Assembly (NCBI GenBank): GCA_966128725.1
Contig: CBHYLN010000005.1
Span: 6,576 to 70,575 of the forward strand
DNA: 64,000 nt
DNA from: an uncultured bacterium
GTDB lineage: Bacteria > Bacteroidota > Ignavibacteria > OLB7
Direction: 5' to 3'
The stretch's first letter is position 1. Each line of letters begins with the position of its first letter. Below are positions 56,461 through 64,000 of the stretch, piece after piece. A model generated the notes under the pieces. It saw nothing but the letters and a program-made list of their open reading frames with translations, was not told where the DNA came from and made no database searches. A program made the position numbers and the translations under genes.

Positions 56461-59400
56461 ATGATACGAACGCTTGGAATCGGTGTGTTGGCCCTGTTCA
56501 TGTGGACCGTTGTTGCGGTGTCGTTGCGGGCGCAAACCCCAACAACACTGTTCCGCCTTCTCTCCACATCGGAAACCGGCATCACCTTCCGTAACGACAT
56601 CACCGAAAACGAGATGTACAACGGAATCAGCTTCACCAATGCCTATAACGGCAGCGGTGTGGCGGCCGGCGACGTAAACGGCGACGGGCTTCCGGATCTG
56701 TTCTTCTCCGGCACGCAGGTGTGCAATCGCCTGTACATCAACAAGGGGAACTTCCAGTTCGAGGACGTTACCTACCGTGCGGGCGTTGCCGACTCCGGAA
56801 GCGTTGGGCGAGGTGTGGTGATGGTTGATATCGACGGCGACGGCGATCTGGATATCTACGTGTGCCGCGTGAGCCTGCCGAACCGGCTGTACATCAACGA
56901 CGGCCACGGCATGTTCACCGAGCGCTCGAAGGCGTACGGGCTGGATTACAGTGGCCACTCCACGCAGGCGGCGTTCCTGGACTACGACCTGGACGGTGAC
57001 CTTGACATGTACCTGGCCCTTACCGGCGCCGGCCTTGGCGAGTACTACGCGCGTTACGGTGTCAACGACAAGATGTACCGCAACAACGGCAACGGCACGT
57101 TCACCGATGTTACCAAGGAAGCCGGCATCGTGGATCAGGGCTACGCGATGAATGTGCTGGCCTCCGATGTAAATGGCGATGGCTGGCCCGACCTGTACGT
57201 CTCGAACGATTTCGAGGAACAGGACAAGCTGTACATCAACAACCGCAACGGCACGTTCACCAACATGCGCGGCAAGGCAATCCTGCACACCAGCCACTCC
57301 TCGATGGGCTGCGACGCGGCCGACTACAACAACGACGGTAACATCGATGTGGTGACGCTGGACATGATGGCCCGCGATCACACGCGCGAGATGCGGCTTT
57401 CGGCAACCCTGTCGGTGCTCAGCCCGATCTTCGACTCGTCGCAGGTGCCCCGCAACGTGCTGCTGCTGAACCGGGGCAACGGCCTGTTCACCGATATCGC
57501 CGGCGTGGTTGGGATCGACGCAACCGACTGGAGCTGGCCCGCGCTGTTCGCCGACTTCGATAACGATGGCCGCAAGGATCTGTTTATCGGCAACGGCATG
57601 AAGCGCGACATGACCGACCGCGACGCATCGTACAAGGTGGTTCAGGGAACCAAGAAGATGGATCTGATCAGGATGTTCCCGGTGAACCGGCTTGCGAACT
57701 TCTGTTTCTGGAACGCCGGCGACATGATGTTCCGCGACAGCGCGACCGCGTGGGGCCTTGACCAACCAAACTTCACCTACGGCGCAGCGTACGTTGATCT
57801 GGATCTCGACGGCGATCTGGATCTGGTGCTGAACACCGTGGATACAACGGCGTTTCTGTACCGCAACTACTCCGGTGAAAAGGGGCGCGGCAACTACCTG
57901 CGCGTGAAGCTGGAGGGTACCGGCGCGAACCGCTACGGCCAGAACGCCCGGGTGGAGTTCAAGACCGGCGACCAGATGCAATTGCTGGAGCAGATGCCCG
58001 TTCGCGGCTATCTGGGCTGCGTGGACCCGGTTCTGCATGTTGGCCTTGGCGCGGCGCGGGCCGTTGATACGGTTACGGTGCGCTGGCCGGGCGGCACGCA
58101 GCAGACGCTCACGAACGTGCAGGCCAACCAGACGATCACGCTGCGCCAGAGCGAGGCCGCGCGCACCACCGGGGCCCAGGCCGCGGCGGTGAAGCCGTTG
58201 TTCACCAAGCCCGACAGCGGCACCGTGATCAACTATTCGCACGAGGAGAACAGCTACGACGATCTGAAGCGCGAGCGCCTGTTGCCGCGGCGACTGTCGC
58301 AGAACGGGCCGGGCATGGCCGTTGGCGATGTTAATGGCGACGGTCTTGAAGACCTCTATATCAGCGGCGCCAAGGAATTTCCGGGTCGTCTGTTTATGCA
58401 ACGGCCCGATGGGCGGTTCGCGCGCTCGGCCGATTCGGCGGTGTTCGTGAAGGACTCCGCCAGCGAGGATATGGGCGCGCTGTTCTTTGATGCCGACAAC
58501 GACGGCGATCTGGATCTGTATGTGGTGAGCGGCGGCGCGGAGTTCGATGCCCGCGCCCCCGAGCTGGCCGACAGGTTGTACCTGAACGACGGTAAGGGGC
58601 GTTTCACCAAAACGACGGGCAAACTGCCGGAAGAGACCGCGAGCGGCTCGTGTGTGGTGGCCGCGGACTACGATGGCGACGGCGATCTGGATCTGTTCGT
58701 GGGCGGCCGCATGGTGCCCGGGAAGTATCCGCTTGCCAGCCGCAGCATGATCCTGCGCAACAACCAGGGAACGTTCACCGACGTCACCGCCGAGGTTTGC
58801 CCGAGCCTTGCCGCGCAACCAGGCATGATTTGCGCTGCGATATGGTCCGATGTTGATGCCGACGGACGCCTGGATCTGGTCACCGCCGGCGAGTGGACCA
58901 GCGTTCGGATGTTCCATAACGACGGCAGCGCGTTCACCGAGATGCCGAACACCGGCCTGGAGAACATTACCGGATGGTGGAACAGCATTGCCTCCGGCGA
59001 TTTCGACAACGACGGCGATATCGACTACATCGTTGGCAACGTTGGCACCAACTGGCGGTACCAGCCTTCGGCCGACGCACCGGTAAAGATTTACGCGGCG
59101 GACTTTGACGGCAACGGCAGCCTGGATCCGGTGCTCACGTACTTCGATCGGACGTACAAGAAGGAATTCCCCGTGATGGATCGCCTGCGACTGATCTCGC
59201 ACATCCCGAGCATCCACGCGAAGTTCACAACCTTCGCGGCGTATTCCACGGCGACCATCAACGACATGTTCCCCAAGGCCAAGCTGGATTCCTCGTACAA
59301 GCTTACCGCCACCGAGTTCAAGAGCTGCTACATCGAGAACCGAGGCAACGGTACGTTCACCGCCACCCCGCTGCCGCTGCTTACACAGGCATCGCCGGTG

Positions 59401-59910
59401 TTCGGCATTGCCGTGCAGGATTTTGATGGCGACGGTAATCTGGACGCCATGCTGACCGGCAATTATCTGGACGGCCCGGAGCCCACGGTGGTACGCTACG
59501 ACGGAAGCTGGGGCCTGGTGCTCAAGGGCGACGGGCACGGGGGGTTCAAGCCGCTTACGCTGGCCGAGGGCGGCATCATCGTGCGCGGCGATATGCGCGG
59601 CGTGGCGCTTGTGCATATCGGCAAGGCCACAAGCCAGAAGCTGTGCGCGATGGTGTTGATGAACTCCGGACCGGTGACGCCATTTTTCCGCGACGTATCG
59701 GCCGCGGGCGACAAGCTCTGGACACTGGATCGCAAGACGCGGGCAACACACGCGATGATCGCCTTGAAGAACGGCTCGACACGGCGATGCGAGTTCAACA
59801 TGGGCTCGGGGTACCTTACACAGAACACCCCAACCATCATCGTTACGCCCGATATGGTATCGATGACGTTGTTCAACGGAAGCCAGACCGTGCAGCAGGT
59901 GAAGTTCTGA
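56461..59910 (+). CDS. Secreted FG-GAP/VCBS-repeat protein with two ASPIC/UnbV domains (CRTAC1-family)
   Basis: Signal peptide 'MIRTLGIGVLALFMWTVVAVSLRAQ'. Repeated 'DVNGDGxxDL'/'DxDGDGDLD' motifs occur throughout. 'TVRWPGGTQQTL' gives one UnbV-like module and a second lies at the C-terminus. Confidence 0.85.
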   Translation: MIRTLGIGVLALFMWTVVAVSLRAQTPTTLFRLLSTSETGITFRNDITENEMYNGISFTNAYNGSGVAAGDVNGDGLPDLFFSGTQVCNRLYINKGNFQFEDVTYRAGVADSGSVGRGVVMVDIDGDGDLDIYVCRVSLPNRLYINDGHGMFTERSKAYGLDYSGHSTQAAFLDYDLDGDLDMYLALTGAGLGEYYARYGVNDKMYRNNGNGTFTDVTKEAGIVDQGYAMNVLASDVNGDGWPDLYVSNDFEEQDKLYINNRNGTFTNMRGKAILHTSHSSMGCDAADYNNDGNIDVVTLDMMARDHTREMRLSATLSVLSPIFDSSQVPRNVLLLNRGNGLFTDIAGVVGIDATDWSWPALFADFDNDGRKDLFIGNGMKRDMTDRDASYKVVQGTKKMDLIRMFPVNRLANFCFWNAGDMMFRDSATAWGLDQPNFTYGAAYVDLDLDGDLDLVLNTVDTTAFLYRNYSGEKGRGNYLRVKLEGTGANRYGQNARVEFKTGDQMQLLEQMPVRGYLGCVDPVLHVGLGAARAVDTVTVRWPGGTQQTLTNVQANQTITLRQSEAARTTGAQAAAVKPLFTKPDSGTVINYSHEENSYDDLKRERLLPRRLSQNGPGMAVGDVNGDGLEDLYISGAKEFPGRLFMQRPDGRFARSADSAVFVKDSASEDMGALFFDADNDGDLDLYVVSGGAEFDARAPELADRLYLNDGKGRFTKTTGKLPEETASGSCVVAADYDGDGDLDLFVGGRMVPGKYPLASRSMILRNNQGTFTDVTAEVCPSLAAQPGMICAAIWSDVDADGRLDLVTAGEWTSVRMFHNDGSAFTEMPNTGLENITGWWNSIASGDFDNDGDIDYIVGNVGTNWRYQPSADAPVKIYAADFDGNGSLDPVLTYFDRTYKKEFPVMDRLRLISHIPSIHAKFTTFAAYSTATINDMFPKAKLDSSYKLTATEFKSCYIENRGNGTFTATPLPLLTQASPVFGIAVQDFDGDGNLDAMLTGNYLDGPEPTVVRYDGSWGLVLKGDGHGGFKPLTLAEGGIIVRGDMRGVALVHIGKATSQKLCAMVLMNSGPVTPFFRDVSAAGDKLWTLDRKTRATHAMIALKNGSTRRCEFNMGSGYLTQNTPTIIVTPDMVSMTLFNGSQTVQQVKF

Positions 59911-59970
59911 CAGGTCCCCGTGTGCAACCAGGCACGGAAACCGCGGAACGCATCAACCCTACGATCAAAC

Positions 59971-60006
59971 GCCCCGGCAGCCTGTGCTGCCGGGGCGTTG
60001 TTGTTC
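59971..60006 (+). terminator. Intrinsic terminator candidate after the FG-GAP/ASPIC gene
   Basis: gccccggcagc-ctgt-gctgccggggc (11 bp) followed by gttgttgttc. Confidence 0.6.
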
Positions 60007-60201
60007 AATGCTCCCCCACCGATTCGGCAGGCGGGAAGCACGCTAAACATGTAGCGAAGTACTGCTATCCTCCACGAGCCACCTAGCCCGCAGGCCTTGC
60101 TGTACAAGGGTTTGCGGGCTACACATGGCATCAACCGCTCGCACGTTCAGCTCGGCATCAATCCGCGTTGTATCTTGGGGCCAATTGCAATATCCCGGGC
60201 C

Positions 60202-60726
60202 ATGGAAACCTTCAAGATCATCCTTCTCAGCGTGATCGCGGCCGTCTGTTACGGCATCCTGCACGACCAGATCACCGCTCGAATCTCGGTTGAGTATTTC
60301 ACAATCGGCCATCCGATCATCATCGAAACCACCGACCCCACAACGCTGGGATTGCTGTGGGGTGTGTTGGCAACATGGTGGGCGGGGCTGCTCGTTGGCA
60401 TCATGTTCGCTATCGCCGCGCAAGCAGGCACAAAGCCCAAACGGAATGCGCGGTCGCTGGTGCGGCCCATTCTGATCGTGATGGTCGTGATGGCGGTGTG
60501 CGCGGCCGGCGCGGGATTCGTGGGCTGGGGGGCAACCGAGAACAACGCCTTCGCCTTGCCGCAACAGATTGCACGGCTGGTGCCACGCGACCGCCATATC
60601 GCGTTTGCCACGGCCATGTGGGCGCACAATGCCAGCTACCTGATGGGCTTTGTGGGCGCGACCATCGCGGCGCTGGTGGTGGCGAGGTCGCGGCGATTCC
60701 TCCCCAAAGGGCAGGCGTCACACTGA
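60202..60726 (+). CDS. Hypothetical membrane protein (about 4 TM)
   Basis: The ATG at 60202 (METFKIILLSVIAAVCYGIL) is in frame with track ORF 60097..60726. Hydrophobic segments alternate with short loops. I recognise no family. Confidence 0.5.
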   Translation: METFKIILLSVIAAVCYGILHDQITARISVEYFTIGHPIIIETTDPTTLGLLWGVLATWWAGLLVGIMFAIAAQAGTKPKRNARSLVRPILIVMVVMAVCAAGAGFVGWGATENNAFALPQQIARLVPRDRHIAFATAMWAHNASYLMGFVGATIAALVVARSRRFLPKGQASH

Positions 60727-60760
60727 GCGCAACGCCGGTGTAGGCGCACACGACGGCCGC

Positions 60761-61306
60761 CTAGCGCCGCTTGCCGCTGGCGACGGCCGTACGAAGCGAA
60801 TCCGCATAACGCCGAAGCGAATCGGCAACACGCATCAGCGAATCAACTTTCGCCGAGGAATTCGCTGGCGTCGCGGCGGGGGCCTGCGTAGTGGCCTGGC
60901 CTGCGCCAGGCGCGGGCTGCGTGGCCACCGGAGCCGATCCCAGCGACACCACGGTGATCTCCTCGGGATCGGTTGAATCGTATGCGGCTACCACCGGCAC
61001 CCCTTCCTGAAACATGTGCAGCGTGCGCAGCGAGGGCACGAAGTCCGTGGTGGCGGTATCCAACGTTCCATCGGCCCGATGGAACTGGATGGTAAGCTCC
61101 AGCTCGGGCGAATCGTTCACCACCGTTCCGGTTTCCTCCACACCGATCAACACCCCCTCCGCCTTTATCCCATGTTCCACCAACCGGTTATGCCGCACCG
61201 ACGGTCCGATAAAGAAATACCAGACCATCAGGAACACGAACGCCGGAATGATCAGCCCCAGTATCCACTTCTTTCCGCGTTTTGCTGTTGGCTGCTCGGT
61301 CATCAT
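60761..61306 (-). CDS. Hypothetical membrane-anchored protein (DUF3592-like)
   Basis: Start at MMTEQPTAKRGKKWILGLIIPAFVFLMVWYFF (single TM), then a beta-rich segment and an Ala/Pro/Thr-rich tail. Family assignment is tentative. Confidence 0.45.
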   Translation of the reverse strand: MMTEQPTAKRGKKWILGLIIPAFVFLMVWYFFIGPSVRHNRLVEHGIKAEGVLIGVEETGTVVNDSPELELTIQFHRADGTLDTATTDFVPSLRTLHMFQEGVPVVAAYDSTDPEEITVVSLGSAPVATQPAPGAGQATTQAPAATPANSSAKVDSLMRVADSLRRYADSLRTAVASGKRR

Positions 61307-61378
61307 TAGCGGTACCTCCCTGATGTTGAAGTGTGAGGAACAACAGACCACCCACGTATGGCCTGGCGAGCGGTTACG

Positions 61379-62143
61379 TCAACCGAACTGTACCGACCGG
61401 CGCGTGAACGTTCCGGCCATGAATCCGGTGATCGGGAACGTGACGGGCTCGGATGAATCAATCGCCGCACCACTGGCAACCACCACGGGCACGAAGTGTT
61501 CGTGTGTGGGAAGTGCCTGGCGAACTCCGGGGGCCCGCTCACGGTACTGCACCAGCGCGTCCACATCGCGGCGCACCAGCACATCGGCGGCCCAGGCATC
61601 GAACTCCGAGGCCCATGCCGGCGTCTGCGGAGTACGGCTCATGTCGAACGTGCGCAGGTTGTGCGTAAGGAAGCCGCTGCCAACAATCAGCACGCCTTCG
61701 TCGCGCAGCGGCGCAAGGGCCCGCCCAAGCTGATACAGTGTGGGCGCGTCCATCGTGGGCAGCGAAACCTGCAACACCGGAACATCGGCCTCCGGATACA
61801 TCGCAACCAGCGGAACATAGGCGCCGTGATCCAGGCCGCGCGCCGGATCGTTTGCAACCGGCTGCCCGGGGCTCAGCAGACCACGTACCCGCTCGGCCAG
61901 CTCGGGAGCGCCCGGCGCGGGATAGGTTACCGCGTAGTACTCCGAGGGAAAGCCGTAGAAATCGTACACAAGCGGCACGGTCTGGGTGGCGCCCAATGTC
62001 ACCGGGCGCTGCTCCCAGTGCGCCGAAAGCATCAGCACGCTGCGCGGCCTCGGCATGGCGGCGGCCCAGCCATGAAGTTCGGAAACCCAGGCGGCATCAT
62101 CCAGCAACATAGGCGAACCGTGCGCAAGGAAGATCACCGGCAT
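61379..62143 (-). CDS. Class III extradiol dioxygenase (LigB/YgiD, 4,5-DOPA-dioxygenase-like)
   Basis: 'MPVIFLAHGSPM', 'LMLSAHWE', 'YDFYGFP' and 'DHGAYVPL'. In-frame alternative starts at 62233 or 62248 would add a repeat-containing N-terminus. Confidence 0.8.
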   Translation of the reverse strand: MPVIFLAHGSPMLLDDAAWVSELHGWAAAMPRPRSVLMLSAHWEQRPVTLGATQTVPLVYDFYGFPSEYYAVTYPAPGAPELAERVRGLLSPGQPVANDPARGLDHGAYVPLVAMYPEADVPVLQVSLPTMDAPTLYQLGRALAPLRDEGVLIVGSGFLTHNLRTFDMSRTPQTPAWASEFDAWAADVLVRRDVDALVQYRERAPGVRQALPTHEHFVPVVVASGAAIDSSEPVTFPITGFMAGTFTRRSVQFG

Positions 62144-62165
62144 ACGCCCAGTGTTTCGGCCGCCG

Positions 62166-62210
62166 GCGTCGGAAGCCACCGCGTCGGAAGTCGCCGCGTC
62201 GGAAGTCACC
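62166..62210. repeat. 15-bp tandem repeat x3, plus a degenerate 4th copy to 62225
   Basis: gcgtcggaagccacc / gcgtcggaagtcgcc / gcgtcggaagtcacc, located directly upstream of (or within the 5' end of) the dioxygenase gene. Confidence 0.85.
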
Positions 62211-62500
62211 GCATCAAAAGCATCGTTGTTCATGTGAATGTCGATCATCGTTCGGGAGAGAAACAGGCCAGCATGCATACAATTGCAGGCCGGAACCTGG
62301 CACCCGCGCAGAATACCGGGCCATGCACTGCGGGGGTGGAACAGACGGCTGGGCGCGCACAATAGTACGTAATTGAACCAAGGTACGGTATCGCGAAGCG
62401 GTAGCCCGGCAACGATGCCGATGCATGATTGATACACGTGCCCGGGCGAACACGCACCACCGTCAACACATACGCGGGCATCCGGCTGGCACGATATGGC

Positions 62501-62938
62501 CTACAGAAAACCCCGACATCGGGTGCTGCCGCACCGGCACGGAAGCGTGTTGTTGTGGTGAGTTTCGCCGTAGTCGCAGGTAAGCTCCTCGCCTGCATCG
62601 ATATCGCGCAGCGCATAGAACTCCACACGGTGTCCGTACAGCCGAAGGAATGTGTTTGGCGAGCACGAGTGGTTGATGTATTTCAGATCGCTGCCAAGGC
62701 GCGACGCATCAATCGCCATTCCGTCGTCGAACTCCACAACGGCGATGTGGCGCATTTCCCGGGCTCGGCGGCGCCCCTCGCGACGCCCCACAAGCTCCCC
62801 GCCGATCTCGCCCAGCTTGGCACGCCGTGGTATCGGTTCGGTTGCGAACGCCCCCTTCCCCTCGATCCGGCTGGGACGCACGCTGATCCCTACCCGGACA
62901 ACACCGGGCACATGAATCGGTTCACGTTTCCTTGTCAT
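62501..62938 (-). CDS. SET-domain protein (putative protein lysine methyltransferase)
   Basis: 'KYINHSCSPN', 'GEELTCDYG' and the post-SET Cys cluster 'CRCGSTRCRG'. 145 aa. Confidence 0.85.
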   Translation of the reverse strand: MTRKREPIHVPGVVRVGISVRPSRIEGKGAFATEPIPRRAKLGEIGGELVGRREGRRRAREMRHIAVVEFDDGMAIDASRLGSDLKYINHSCSPNTFLRLYGHRVEFYALRDIDAGEELTCDYGETHHNNTLPCRCGSTRCRGFL

Positions 62939-63029
62939 CGTCCACTACACATCCGTGACAGTCTATGGCCCCGAGACGCAGCCTGCTACCGGCTGCGCCG
63001 CCACGCACACAACGCGATCGATGAGCGCA

Positions 63030-63368
63030 TCACGCCTTGAACACTATCAGAACGATGCCGGCCGCCATCAGACCAAAGCCGGCTATCTGCGACATGCTTA
63101 ACGGCTCGCCCAGATAATAGCGCGATACCAGCGCCACGCACACCACCCCGGCAACCAGGTGCATGGCTGCCATCTGCGCGCCCGAGAAAACCTCACGACC
63201 CCACCGGGCCGAAAAAACGTTGAGCACGTATTCCGGGAGCACGAACAGCCAGCTCATTGCCAGAGCGCTCCAGAAGCCCATGCCACGGAACTTGAGATGG
63301 CCGATCCATGCAAACGACATCAGCAACCCTGCAAGGCAGAGCATGGCAGGCACAAGAAAAAACTTCAT
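63030..63368 (-). CDS. Small DMT-superfamily membrane protein (DUF486-like)
   Basis: Start at MKFFLVPAMLCLAGLLMSFAWIGHLKF. 112 aa with 4 hydrophobic segments. The longer track ORF (to 63638) has an implausible N-terminus. Confidence 0.65.
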   Translation of the reverse strand: MKFFLVPAMLCLAGLLMSFAWIGHLKFRGMGFWSALAMSWLFVLPEYVLNVFSARWGREVFSGAQMAAMHLVAGVVCVALVSRYYLGEPLSMSQIAGFGLMAAGIVLIVFKA

Positions 63369-63755
63369 GAGGGTACGGGATACTGGGGAGAGAATGGCTA
63401 CGGCGCGCCCGGGTGCGGAAGGCCGCATGCCCGCGTAGACGCATCGTACAACTGGCCCGGGCGCGGCATAACCGCATAACGGATAGCCCGATCCGCATGC
63501 ATCAACGGCACCACATACGCGGGCCCGGAATTCGCGGACTCCAAAGATATGATACGGGAGGTTCCCGGCAGCAGCACCGCCACGCACGCGCACCATGGCC
63601 GGCTGGTTTGACTGCCGCGTATGCAGTGATGCCGTCACCGGCGACCGGCAACGGCATCACAACCACACATTCCAGGGGCATCGGTCGCGGCGTGATATTG
63701 GCAATGCCGGGCGGAGCGCGCCGGCCGGATGTGCCGATCGGAATCGCCACGACAA

Positions 63756-64000
63756 CTACGTAAGCCGGTGATGCATCCACACGTTGGGCTCAACATACAC
63801 GGCATAATTGTGCTCCGGCGCGACGTGAACCCGCGCCAGCGCGCCCGGCACCACAACCGGACCGGCGGCATCAAACGGCAGAGGAACCCACGCGCGCCAT
63901 TGTTCCAACGTTCCGGCGATGGTCATGCTGCACGAGGCCACGGACACGATTGTTGCACCGGCACGGGCGTGTACACGAAGCCAGGGGTCATCGGGCAGGC
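63756..64000 (-). CDS. C-terminal fragment of an unidentified protein (ORF open to the window end)
   Basis: The frame of track ORF 63756..63947 has no stop upstream to nt 64000 (...LPDDPWLRVHARAGATIVSVASCSMTIAG...). I recognise no family. Confidence 0.3.
   Translation of the reverse strand, partial: LPDDPWLRVHARAGATIVSVASCSMTIAGTLEQWRAWVPLPFDAAGPVVVPGALARVHVAPEHNYAVYVEPNVWMHHRLT

Noticed and set aside
56449-59751. 1100-aa minus-strand ORF
   Set aside because: It is antisense to the FG-GAP/ASPIC protein, which has a signal peptide and dozens of repeat motifs. The shadow translation is low complexity (R/H/V/A-rich).

Overview
High-GC (about 65% by eye) bacterial chromosomal segment of Gram-negative type, since LptF/G, SurE, RseP and Wzm/Wzt are present. 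It may belong to the FCB group, but that is a guess. All function calls come from motif recognition in the supplied translations; no searches were run.

Layout:
- nt 1-38535 is almost entirely minus-strand and forms a very large surface-glycan/O-antigen-type locus. It holds asnB, several GT4/GT2/GT8-like/GT-C glycosyltransferases, three DegT-type aminotransferases, gmd-fcl, rfbB, five further SDR epimerase/dehydratases, four methyltransferases, a Wzm/Wzt ABC exporter, and CapA-like and AsnB-like proteins.
- nt 6970-13585 interrupts this locus with an arsR / arsI-like / aquaporin / arsC arsenic module, an FkbM methyltransferase, an SDR and ppsA.
- After tRNA-Leu(UAG) at 39033 the window switches to plus-strand housekeeping genes: tig, clpP, clpX, SRP RNA, a giant RNase E/G, dxr, rseP, surE, lptF/G, moeA and a 1149-aa FG-GAP/ASPIC protein. 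A few small accessory genes follow, including a SET-domain protein and a LigB-type dioxygenase.

The least explained element is a 0.8-kb non-coding gap inside the glycan locus. It contains three exact-period 170-nt tandem units with conserved hairpins and a 15-nt hypervariable block.

Other points worth a second look:
- a low-GC cassette covering a methyltransferase plus the Wzt C-terminal domain
- an uncharacterised CapA / Cys-less AsnB-like / zinc-ribbon gene trio
- an ars operon with an aquaporin in place of ArsB/Acr3
- a His/Asp-repeat tail on trigger factor
- a roughly 615-aa disordered insertion inside the RNase E S1 domain

Many long ORFs in the track are Arg/Gly/His-rich antisense shadows typical of high-GC DNA and were rejected.
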